Of a stretch of 62,543 bases of DNA, positions 48,376 through 56,783 are shown piece after piece. The notes under the pieces were generated by a model. The model saw nothing but the letters and a program-made list of their open reading frames with translations, was not told the DNA's origin and searched no databases. The DNA is from Bacteriovoracaceae bacterium (GTDB lineage: Bacteria > Bdellovibrionota > Bacteriovoracia > Bacteriovoracales > Bacteriovoracaceae), in contig JBMYPC010000001.1 of NCBI GenBank assembly GCA_049599895.1, positions 1 through 62,543 on the forward strand, in the 5' to 3' direction. Position numbers and translations under genes: made by a program. Each line of letters starts with the position of its first letter. Position 1 is the first letter of the stretch.

Positions 48376-49069
48376 GCTTCGGGGATTCCTGTCGGTTTTC
48401 TTTTTTCTTATAGGGGCAAATTCATTCGCCTCCAATAGCTTTTTTGATGTTTCCTCCTACAAAAAAGGTTTCACCACTGATCAAGATGCAAGAGTTAAAA
48501 AGTTTGCTTCATTTGGCGGAAGCTTTTCTCTGATTGATACTTGGCTCCCTGCTAAATTGGGAGGAGGCTTAAGTTTTAACTGGGGCCCAAGCTATACAAG
48601 TGAGTTCTTGGTTCAGTATTCGGATACCAATACATTGTTTGATGAAGTAGGTGAGTTTGCTGAATATCGCTTTTCTTTTTTAGGGCGCTATTTTCCAGGT
48701 GATGGGGCCTTCAACATAATACACGGGTTCTTCTATCAATCTTTTAAAATCTTTTTTAGCGATGAGGCCATGGACTCCTTATATGATTATGCAAAAGAAG
48801 AGAATACTTATGGAAACGAACTGGTTCAAAGAGATGTGGCGGGTATTACCCTTGGAGTGGGAAGCCGTTGGTTCTTTAAAAATCAAGTGTTCATGGGAGT
48901 TGATTGGTTTGCGCTCAATGTTCCTATCTATACAGCAGAGAATCGGGACTATTTTAGCTTTAATACTAGTGAAAGAGACAAGGGCAGATCTGTTCAAAAA
49001 GTAGTTGAGTCACTTGATTCAATCCCAGCCTGTACCTTTATTAAGGTTGATATGGGCTATCGTTTTTAA
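48365..49069 (+). CDS. Probable outer-membrane beta-barrel protein, unknown function
   Basis: The signal peptide is MMVKLRGFLSVFFFLIGANSFA. The sequence has alternating aromatic/Gly-rich strands. The C-terminus ends MGYRF, with a terminal Phe. The start is ambiguous (48359, 48365 or 48368) and overlaps the ferredoxin 3' end. Confidence 0.5.
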   Translation: MMVKLRGFLSVFFFLIGANSFASNSFFDVSSYKKGFTTDQDARVKKFASFGGSFSLIDTWLPAKLGGGLSFNWGPSYTSEFLVQYSDTNTLFDEVGEFAEYRFSFLGRYFPGDGAFNIIHGFFYQSFKIFFSDEAMDSLYDYAKEENTYGNELVQRDVAGITLGVGSRWFFKNQVFMGVDWFALNVPIYTAENRDYFSFNTSERDKGRSVQKVVESLDSIPACTFIKVDMGYRF

Positions 49070-49198
49070 GTGATATTTTCCAAGGATTTAAGGCTTTTTT
49101 CTTTTAACCGACAAGATTTCTGATAGAATTTGAGTAATATCAAATAAATACAATGGATAGCGTAAGCTTTCTACAAACTTTATGTTCAAGGATGAATT

Positions 49199-50554
49199 AT
49201 GAACCCGAGTACAATTGAGATTATTGGAACGGTGATTTTCGGTATGGCTGTTATTCACACGTTTCTGGTTAAGAAATTTTTGCACATTGCCCATAAATAC
49301 CCAGAAGGGTCTATTGGGGAAAACCTCTTTCATTTCCTTGGTGAAGTTGAAGCGGTTTTTGGATTATGGGGCGCTGTCTTTATTGGTTTCTATGCGAGTT
49401 TAAAAGGTTTTATTGTTTACGATGATGCTCATAAACTTGTCTTTGGTGGTGGAGCTGAAAAATATCTTACAACTGGTGGTGAATATATTGATGGTGCAGT
49501 TAATTATCTTTCTGCCCTGAACTTCACTGAGCCAGCGTTTGTTTTTGTTATCATGGCCATGGCCGGAACAAGACCAGTCATTCTTCTTGCTGAAAAAATT
49601 ATTATGAAATGTTCAAAGGTCATTCCTCTTCCTGGAAAAATGGCGTTTTATATTTCAGCTCTCATCATTGGGCCGATTCTTGGATCATTCATCACAGAGC
49701 CAGCTGCTATGACGGTAACGGCCCTTATCCTTCTTGATTATTTTTATAGCTCTGAAATGAGCCGAAAGTTTATGTATGCAACGATTGGTTTACTTTTCGT
49801 GAATATTTCAATCGGTGGAACACTTACTCACTTTGCCGCTCCTCCTGTTCTCATGGTTGCAGGAAAATGGCAGTGGGGGATTGAGCATATGATGACTCAC
49901 TTTGGTTATAAGTCAGTCATCTCAATTGTCATTTCAACTCTTACAATTGCCTTTATCTTTAAAAAGGAACTTGTTGGTAAGCTTGAAATTAAAGCCAAAC
50001 ACGAAAACTATATGGTTCCAACTTGGTGGATTACTTTGATTCACTTAATCTTTATGGGACTTTGTGTTTATACAGCTCACCACATGGCATTCTTTCTAGG
50101 ACTTTTTCTTTTCTTCTTAGGGTTTACAGTTGTGACTCAAGAGTACCAAGATACAGTTAAGCTAAAAGAATCACTTCTTGTTGGTTTCTTTTTAGGTGGA
50201 CTTGTAACATTAGGTTCTATGCAGGCTTGGTGGCTTAAATCAGTTCTTGCAAGCATGGGTGATACTCCACTTTTCTTTGGAGCAACTTTCCTAACAGGTA
50301 TTACTGATAACGCTGCACTTACTTATCTCGGTTCATTGGTTGAGCTCTCAGATACTGCTAAATACTCTCTTGTTGCTGGTGCCGTAACCGGTGGTGGTTT
50401 AACAGTTATTGCCAACGCTCCAAACCCAGCCGGTTTTGGGATTTTAAAAGATTCATTTGGAGATGAAGGGATTAACCCATTAAAACTTCTTCTTGGATCA
50501 ATGTTCCCAACGATTGTGACGATTATTTGTATGTTGGCGTTGCCAAATTTATAG
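49199..50554 (+). CDS. Polytopic membrane transporter (putative Na+/H+ antiporter-like family)
   Basis: The 451-aa protein has roughly 10-12 hydrophobic helices. Its N-terminus is IEIIGTVIFGMAVIHTF. The family assignment is from memory only. Confidence 0.4.
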   Translation: MNPSTIEIIGTVIFGMAVIHTFLVKKFLHIAHKYPEGSIGENLFHFLGEVEAVFGLWGAVFIGFYASLKGFIVYDDAHKLVFGGGAEKYLTTGGEYIDGAVNYLSALNFTEPAFVFVIMAMAGTRPVILLAEKIIMKCSKVIPLPGKMAFYISALIIGPILGSFITEPAAMTVTALILLDYFYSSEMSRKFMYATIGLLFVNISIGGTLTHFAAPPVLMVAGKWQWGIEHMMTHFGYKSVISIVISTLTIAFIFKKELVGKLEIKAKHENYMVPTWWITLIHLIFMGLCVYTAHHMAFFLGLFLFFLGFTVVTQEYQDTVKLKESLLVGFFLGGLVTLGSMQAWWLKSVLASMGDTPLFFGATFLTGITDNAALTYLGSLVELSDTAKYSLVAGAVTGGGLTVIANAPNPAGFGILKDSFGDEGINPLKLLLGSMFPTIVTIICMLALPNL

Positions 50555-50590
50555 ATAAAGACTCGATTTCAAATTTGGATATAATAGAAG

Positions 50591-50616
50591 GCGCCCCCGA
50601 TGGGGCGCTATTTTAT
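50591..50616 (+). terminator. GC-rich hairpin terminator (GCGCCCC-cgat-GGGGCGC + TATTTTATT), shared by convergent genes
   Basis: I read the hairpin directly. It overlaps the stop codon of the minus-strand gene 50613-51314. Confidence 0.7.
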
Positions 50617-51314
50617 TGCTCTTTTTCTGATTTATACTCAATAAAAAGTTTAGATGTCATTGTTGTAGTATTGATTCTCCCAGAAGCAAGATGAAACATA
50701 TAACTGAAGCCATCTAGCTTCACTTCAGTTTGCTTACTTTCGACATCAATTTGTTTTCTGAAAAAATAGCTTAGGTAATGATCTGCACCACCTAGACCAT
50801 CTCCTTTAAAAATTCCTGAAGAAATGGTTTTTGGCATGAGGTTGGTCATAATCGAAAGAGTTGCTTTTTTTGATCCGTCCTTAAGTGTTGCTCGTCCAGT
50901 AACTTCTCTTTTACTTTCAAGCTCTTTGACCTTTTCGCCATCTTGATTGTAGATCGAAACAGGCCCACTACCTTTAAGATCATAATGACATTTGGTACTT
51001 CGTCCTTTCCCACTTGTATTCGTCAATTGAAGCTCAAGATTGAGCTTTGATGCAGCCTTTTTAGTGGAGTTGGGATCAAGGATTTCAAACTCAAAAGGGA
51101 CATCAAGAAGCTCTTCAATACCTTCAACATCATCTTGAAAGTTTGTATTATCGGTAATGTCCTCGGGGGCGTCTGAAATTTGCCATTCTGAGCCTCCAAT
51201 ACTTGTGAGCTTAACATCTGTAAGAGTCATTTTTTCAGGACATTTAGATGCTGAAACTCCATAAGCTTTGTGAGTTAGTGAAAGGAACATGACAAGAAAA
51301 ATTGTGGTCTTCAT
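50613..51314 (-). CDS. Secreted protein of unknown function (233 aa)
   Basis: The signal peptide is MKTTIFLVMFLSLTHKAYG. I recognise no motif. The gene is divergent from the PLD-family gene. Confidence 0.55.
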   Translation of the reverse strand: MKTTIFLVMFLSLTHKAYGVSASKCPEKMTLTDVKLTSIGGSEWQISDAPEDITDNTNFQDDVEGIEELLDVPFEFEILDPNSTKKAASKLNLELQLTNTSGKGRSTKCHYDLKGSGPVSIYNQDGEKVKELESKREVTGRATLKDGSKKATLSIMTNLMPKTISSGIFKGDGLGGADHYLSYFFRKQIDVESKQTEVKLDGFSYMFHLASGRINTTTMTSKLFIEYKSEKEQ

Positions 51315-51548
51315 TTGATTTCCATAACTTAAAATTCAGGTTTGTTTTTGCTCATTAGATTTATGATGATTAAGCTTTCAATGCAACGATCGTATCGAAA
51401 AATTGTAATTATTCTAGAACTTAAAAATGAATCTAACCTCCTGCTAATATTGAAGTTTTTAGGCATTAGAATTTTTACAAGTCCTCCCAATGAGAATGAT
51501 TCCCATGATAGAGATAAAAGAAAAATAATCTCATTTGAGGCAGATATC

Positions 51549-53591
51549 ATGAAAACTTTTCGACTTGGATTTTTATCCCTAATACTAACTTTCATTTCTT
51601 TAAAAGCTTACTCTTTTGTTTCCGGTATTCCTGCTTACAATAAAGGAACTTGTACTCCTGATGACAAGTTCTGTGTTTACTTTACTCCTCAAGACCTTCC
51701 TATTGAAGCTGTAAGGGCCTATTTAAAATCAGCAAAGAAATCGATTCGAATTGCGACTTATAATATGTCTATTGCTGACTTTGCTGACGTTCTTAATGAA
51801 AAAGCGCAAACCATACCAGTTGAGTATATGGTGGACTATAAACTTTCTTATGGAAATAAGCTTTGGCCTAAGCTTGATGGTGAGCATCCGAATATTTCAA
51901 AGTTTCGAATTCCTGTTATGCGAGGAGGAAATCCTCAGATGCATAATAAACTTATTCTTATTGATGATGAGATCCTCATCACTGGCTCTGCGAATTATTC
52001 AAGCATGGGCTTGCTCGCCAATTATGAGAACGTCATCGCGATTAAAGAAAAATCAATTATTAAAAAATTTCGTGATGAAATGAACGAACTACGCTCATTA
52101 AGTAAAGCGGTATGCGAGATTTTTGTTAAGAGTACTGACCCTCACATTTGTTATAAGGGTCCTTCAAATTATGATCCTCAAATGCATACTTATCTTACTA
52201 AAGGGACATTCAATGACTCAGCTTTAGATTTTACAGATCCAAAGTGTAAAAAACTTTCTAAGTCTGCAAGTTATAGAAAGAGAAAAGCTCTTCTTGATCA
52301 AACCAATAATCCAACGATGAAAGATATTTCAAAGTGTTTTAAATCTGATTCCATGAAACAAAAAATCGAAACATTGATTACCAAAGTTTCAGGGATTGAG
52401 AGGTATGTTGACGGAACTTTGACTTCAACAGATCGAAAGTTTTGGAAGCGACCAGATGTTCAAAGTGGACAAAAGTATAAAGTTTATTTTTCTCCTGAAG
52501 ATAACCTTGAGGCGAGGATGCTTGAAGTTTTAAATCTTCCTCTTTCAAAACCACAAGATTCATTTGTTTATGTTTCAACAAATTTCATTACAAATTATAA
52601 ACTTGCTTCAGCTCTTAATAAACTTAAAGAAAATGGTGTGAGAGTCAGGGCATTTTTTGATAAGGGGAGATTCGTTGATGATATGTTCTCTTCTCAAATT
52701 CCCAATCTGACTAAGCTTGGCTTTTTTGGAGATCCGAACGTCATTAATCCTCATCTTGAACACCTCAAAGGGGAAAATAGTGAGAAACTCAGAAATCGAG
52801 CGATTAAAAAAGTAGAGATGCGCATGAGTGAGGCAGGTCTGCTATTTGAAGAGAGAGAGAAAAAACAAGAAATTGAAAGGGAGTTCAATAAATCAATCGC
52901 GAAGTTTTCAAATGCTCATAACCCTGGTGATTATCGAAATGTCGTCACGATGTTTGATAACCAACTCACTGGTCCTTATGGATGTAATCATAATAAGTGG
53001 GCCGTGGTTGGCGTAGGGGATCGTCTTATTCTTCTCAATGGTTCCGCAAACTGGTCAGGTGGGGCGATGAGAATTAATGGAGAGAACCTGATGATCATGG
53101 AAGACAAAGTTCTTTCTGCAATTTATCTTCGAGAAATGATTTCAGAACTTTTTGTTTATCGGTATGGCCAAAATGATCGAAGTCCTCAATTTCAAGATGA
53201 GATTTCTTATCTCTCATCAAAGGCCCCTTGTTTAGGAGCGCTTCTTGGAACTGAAGACTCTTGTTTGGTTGGAAACAAAAGATGGTCGCCACCAGTGGCG
53301 ACAACGGCAGTGGTGACTGTTTCAGGTGTTCCAAGTGATGCTGACAATAAAAACTTTTATGCTAAAGTCTTTCAATATAATAATAATCGAGCAGACTTTG
53401 TTCATTTTTATGGAAGTGATCATTTCAATGGAAAATTCATTGGAGCACTTCCTATGAACACTCGCTGGAGCAACCGTCTCGATTTTATTTTCTCAATTGA
53501 TTATGAAAGAAAAACTTCTGCTGGAATGTATATCACACCTCCCACTAATCTTGGGATTCATTACATTCCTGGTGTGATGAATTGGTATTGA
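51549..53591 (+). CDS. Secreted phospholipase D / nuclease superfamily protein with two HKD motifs
   Basis: The ATG at 51549 follows gagg and yields the signal peptide MKTFRLGFLSLILTFISLKAYS. HKD-1 is HNKLILIDDEILITGSANYS (His codon 51942-51944). HKD-2 is NHNKWAVVGVGDRLILLNGSANWS (His codon 52989-52991). Confidence 0.8.
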   Translation: MKTFRLGFLSLILTFISLKAYSFVSGIPAYNKGTCTPDDKFCVYFTPQDLPIEAVRAYLKSAKKSIRIATYNMSIADFADVLNEKAQTIPVEYMVDYKLSYGNKLWPKLDGEHPNISKFRIPVMRGGNPQMHNKLILIDDEILITGSANYSSMGLLANYENVIAIKEKSIIKKFRDEMNELRSLSKAVCEIFVKSTDPHICYKGPSNYDPQMHTYLTKGTFNDSALDFTDPKCKKLSKSASYRKRKALLDQTNNPTMKDISKCFKSDSMKQKIETLITKVSGIERYVDGTLTSTDRKFWKRPDVQSGQKYKVYFSPEDNLEARMLEVLNLPLSKPQDSFVYVSTNFITNYKLASALNKLKENGVRVRAFFDKGRFVDDMFSSQIPNLTKLGFFGDPNVINPHLEHLKGENSEKLRNRAIKKVEMRMSEAGLLFEEREKKQEIEREFNKSIAKFSNAHNPGDYRNVVTMFDNQLTGPYGCNHNKWAVVGVGDRLILLNGSANWSGGAMRINGENLMIMEDKVLSAIYLREMISELFVYRYGQNDRSPQFQDEISYLSSKAPCLGALLGTEDSCLVGNKRWSPPVATTAVVTVSGVPSDADNKNFYAKVFQYNNNRADFVHFYGSDHFNGKFIGALPMNTRWSNRLDFIFSIDYERKTSAGMYITPPTNLGIHYIPGVMNWY

Positions 53592-53676
53592 TAAGCTTTC
53601 GAAATTTCAATATGTTAAATCTCTAAATGGAGCACTTTGTTTCATTTCCCAATTGATGCTTGGAGCGGCTTTCTAA

Positions 53677-54753
53677 TTACATTGGAACTTCAAAGCGCCA
53701 ACCGTATGGATCATGAGAGCGACCTTCTTGAAGATCAAGCATTTTTTGTCTCAGACTTTTAGCAACCGGCCCATAACTTTCTTTAAGAGTGAGCTTTTCA
53801 CCATCTTCTTCAGCAACTTCTGAAATAGGTGTAAGAATAACGGCAGTTCCACAAGCGAATGTTTCAGTACATCGACCATCTTTAATTGCTGCTTTAAGTT
53901 CATCAATATCAATGGGTCTTTCTTCAATATTAATCCCGTCATCTTTTGCAAGCTTAAGAAGTGATTCTCGAGTAATCCCTGGAAGAATCGTATCAGATGT
54001 TTCTGGAGTTACGAGTGATCCGTCGATAACACTAAAGAAGTTCATCCCTGAGAGTTCTTCAACATATCTTCTGTGGATAGCATCGAGCCAAAGAGTTTGA
54101 TTGAGTCCATGCTGTTGGGCCTTTACAGAAGAGGCGAGGGCACCTGAATAGTTTCCACCTGTCTTGGCACTTCCTGTTCCTCCTGGACAAGCTCTTACAT
54201 ATTCTCTTTCAACAAGAACAGAAATGCTTCCTCCGGTGAAGTAAGCGCCTGAAGGAGAAGCAACAATGACAAATTTAAATTGTGTCGAAGGCTTAATCCC
54301 AAGGTGCTCTTCTGTTGCAACAACAAAAGGTCTTATATAGAGAGATTCTCCTGAGCCTTGAGGAATAAAATCGTGGCAATGTCTGACTAATCCAATGATT
54401 GAGTCCATCCAAAGTTGTTCATCTATTTGGGGCATGGCCATTCGTTTTGCTGATTGGTTGATTCTCTTAAGGTTATCAAGAGGTCTAAAAAGATAAGGAC
54501 CAGCACCATCAACTCGGTAGGCCTTCATCCCTTCATAAACACATTGACCGTAATGAAAAATTTTAGAAGTGGGATCAAGTGTTAGAGGAGAATAGGGTTT
54601 AAGAACCGGCTTTGCCCACGCGCCATCTCTGTAATCACACTCAATCATAATAGGAGCGAGAACTTGTCCGAAAGTTAGGCCTTCATCTGATTGAGGGAGG
54701 CTAAATTCTTCAATAGTTTTTGTGACTTCAGGATGAACATTAAGAGTTCGCAT
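53677..54753 (-). CDS. ilvE: Branched-chain-amino-acid aminotransferase (class IV)
   Basis: The matching segments are YEGMKAYR, GGTGSAKTGGNY, EELSGMNFF and LPGITR. Confidence 0.9.
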   Translation of the reverse strand: MRTLNVHPEVTKTIEEFSLPQSDEGLTFGQVLAPIMIECDYRDGAWAKPVLKPYSPLTLDPTSKIFHYGQCVYEGMKAYRVDGAGPYLFRPLDNLKRINQSAKRMAMPQIDEQLWMDSIIGLVRHCHDFIPQGSGESLYIRPFVVATEEHLGIKPSTQFKFVIVASPSGAYFTGGSISVLVEREYVRACPGGTGSAKTGGNYSGALASSVKAQQHGLNQTLWLDAIHRRYVEELSGMNFFSVIDGSLVTPETSDTILPGITRESLLKLAKDDGINIEERPIDIDELKAAIKDGRCTETFACGTAVILTPISEVAEEDGEKLTLKESYGPVAKSLRQKMLDLQEGRSHDPYGWRFEVPM

Positions 54754-54914
54754 GGAATATACTCCTTAAACTGTAAGCGCGGTGCTTGCTATTTGGACCT
54801 GGATACTACCCTAAATTCAAACAGTTGGCATGTTGCAATACTTAAAACCCCCTCAATGTTCATTGACAAGGCCTATGTCCCCAAATATAAAGGTTATTCG
54901 ATTCAATTCGATGG

Positions 54915-54991
54915 AGGACCGTAGCTCAGTTGGTTAGAGTATCGCCTTGACATGGCGGGGGTCGCCGGTTCGAATCCGGCCGGTCCTACCA
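54915..54991 (+). tRNA. tRNA-Val (anticodon GAC), CCA encoded
   Basis: I folded the cloverleaf by hand. The acceptor stem is AGGACCG/CGGTCCT and the D arm is GCTC-AGTTGGTTA-GAGT. The anticodon arm is TCGCC-TTGACAT-GGCGG, followed by the variable loop GGGTC. The T arm is GCCGG-TTCGAAT-CCGGC, followed by A-CCA. Total length is 77 nt. Confidence 0.9.
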
Positions 54992-55037
54992 CGCTTCGCG
55001 AAAAAAATGTCCTGCGGACAATTTTTGCGCGTAAGCG
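54992..55037 (+). other. Extended imperfect hairpin immediately 3' of the tRNA
   Basis: The core GCGAAAAAAATGTCC-tgc-GGACAATTTTTGCGC pairs over 15 positions with 2 mismatches. The outer pairing cgcttcgcg/cgcgtaagcg has one bulge. No canonical U-tail follows. Confidence 0.5.
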
Positions 55038-55077
55038 TATAGATGCAAGGAGGAAGCGTTAGCTCTCACAAAGCAGC

Positions 55078-55108
55078 AAAAGTGCCCAGTGGGCAGTTTT
55101 GATGATTT
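55078..55108 (+). terminator. Terminator-like hairpin (AAAAGTGCCC-agt-GGGCAGTTTT + gatgattt), nested in outer stem AAGCAGC/GCTGCTT (55071-55121)
   Basis: I read the structure directly. The GC core is short (5 bp) with one mismatch, and T-rich sequence follows. It could terminate the tRNA transcript or a small RNA. Confidence 0.4.
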
Positions 55109-55387
55109 GGGACTGCTGCTTCGAACATCGCAATCAGCGAAGCTGATCAACCAACCACAAAAACCCTCCAAACCCAATTCGAGAAAATGACAACTCAACC
55201 AGACAATTCCTAAAGTCTTGCTTTGAGCTCATCTAATATGACGTTAAGAGTTTGATATTGGCTCTTCTTCCGTGAACTTCTCATCCGTCCCACTCTAATT
55301 ACTTAGCCTTGTGGTTTTGCTCGTAAAAGCAAAGAAAAAGTGTGAGGATGTTGAGGAGTTAAATGTTTATGATTGGAGTAGTTACTC

Positions 55388-56434
55388 GTGAAAAAAGTTC
55401 TAAATAGCAAAGGTATAAGTCTTGTTGGTGTTATTATCGCCGCTGGACTTGTAAGTGGTTTGTTTCTTGCCGTTGGTAAAATGATGCAAAATAGTAATAA
55501 AGTTGTTCGCACAACTCAGGTCGGGTTAGAAGCTCTAGACTTTGAAGCATTACTTGAAGACACTTTTAGAAATCGTGATGCTTGTACTAACACCTTTGGT
55601 AGGGTCTTTGATCTAACCACACCAACAACAGAGTTAAGAGCAGGTCTTAGTATTGATGGCAATAATATCTTAGATAATAATACCTTTGATAGCAAAAAAG
55701 GGGTTTTTAATGCCAGTAGAGATATTCTTTGGAGTAAGGATGAGCTTGTTATTGGTGGGCTAGAATTAGAATCAATAACAATGCCAGTAAATAGAATTAA
55801 GCCTGATGGTACTACTGATATAAACTTCATCAAGATAAGTGACATTCCAAAAACGGGAGCTATAGAACTACATGTAAAGCTTAAAAAAACAAAGCAAGCA
55901 GAAAAAACTTTTGGAGCAAGAGATAAAGTTCTTAAATTGTTTCTCACTGCTGAGATGTATGATGATGGTGGAACAGATAGGATTAGTTGGTGCCAATTAA
56001 GTGGGTCACAGGCGGAAGCTTCCTTAAGTTTGAAGCGACGTATGATTATATGGAAGACTCCAGGTAATCACGGAACTGGATCTACAAATGCTATAAATTA
56101 TGAGGTTGATATTTCGAGTAAAGGACAAGTGGAGGGCAGTGTTACCATGGTTGGTTATCATAAAGATAATCTCGAATTTTTCTTTGATGCTGAGAGTGGT
56201 ATTTTTACATATTTAAGAACTGGATACCACTGTGACAGATCTGGTAGCTCTAACATTAAAAACACCGACCTTACGGTGATATCTGACTATGCAAATTGTG
56301 GAAATCCTAATCCAAATGTATATGCAAGATACACTGTACGTTATGATGCAAACTCAAACAAGCTTCAGTTTGTTTTAAGCAGAGACTATTATGGAACTGG
56401 GCCAACATATATAAAACTATTAATAAATGAGTAG
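55388..56434 (+). CDS. Exported protein with pilin-like (class III-like) N-terminus, non-canonical; unknown function
   Basis: The GTG start lies 10 nt after ggag. The N-terminus is MKKVLNSKG-ISLVGVIIAAGLVSGLFLAV, a basic leader followed by Gly and a long hydrophobic helix. The usual Glu at +5 is replaced by Gly. Two Cys pairs are present. Codon choice is unusual, with about ten ATA and frequent CTA/TTA codons. Confidence 0.5.
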   Translation: MKKVLNSKGISLVGVIIAAGLVSGLFLAVGKMMQNSNKVVRTTQVGLEALDFEALLEDTFRNRDACTNTFGRVFDLTTPTTELRAGLSIDGNNILDNNTFDSKKGVFNASRDILWSKDELVIGGLELESITMPVNRIKPDGTTDINFIKISDIPKTGAIELHVKLKKTKQAEKTFGARDKVLKLFLTAEMYDDGGTDRISWCQLSGSQAEASLSLKRRMIIWKTPGNHGTGSTNAINYEVDISSKGQVEGSVTMVGYHKDNLEFFFDAESGIFTYLRTGYHCDRSGSSNIKNTDLTVISDYANCGNPNPNVYARYTVRYDANSNKLQFVLSRDYYGTGPTYIKLLINE

Positions 56435-56783
56435 AAGTTACACTAGTCATTAACCTCACACACAAATCAAAATACACAGAATTCCTATAGATCAAAAAGC
56501 TTGTTCATTAGAGCAGGCTTAAATGACCTATGTCTCGAAAAGAACAGGACTAGGGAGCGTCAGCGCAAACTGATCAAAAAGTTCCCAGACTTATTCAATA
56601 ACATGCATTATTTTCACCCCCGTCAAAACCTTAAACAGTTTCCCCTCACAAAACCCAAATCCCCGATCCAAAGCCTTTCCCAGAACTTATAATAATTTCA
56701 ATTCCCAAGTAATCTCTAGTGTTAAATCCTATGCCGTCATAAAATTGCTATAGAATTTCAAACATTTAAAGGAACCTCAAAAC

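Noticed and set aside
51342-51548. 69-aa N-terminal extension of the PLD-family ORF in the track
   Set aside because: The extension has no RBS and an implausible sequence. An internal ATG at 51549 follows gagg and gives a textbook signal peptide.
54986-55512. Two minus-strand track ORFs (54986-55198 and 55303-55512) in the post-tRNA spacer
   Set aside because: The first overlaps the tRNA 3' end. Both have odd Cys/His/Phe/Leu-rich compositions and no RBS. The region is better explained as structured non-coding DNA.
55516-55947. 143-aa antisense ORF inside the pilin-like gene
   Set aside because: It has the Ser/Leu-rich low-complexity composition typical of the antisense frame of an AT-rich gene. 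The 348-aa sense ORF is longer and has an RBS plus an N-terminal helix.
55133-56660. Shared short blocks in the two spacers flanking the pilin-like gene (TCAGCG..CTGATCAA; CACAAAA(A)CCC; CCAGAC..ATTC), considered as possible cassette-end repeats
   Set aside because: The blocks are short, contain indels and occur in a different order on the two sides. They are not collinear repeats, so chance similarity cannot be excluded.
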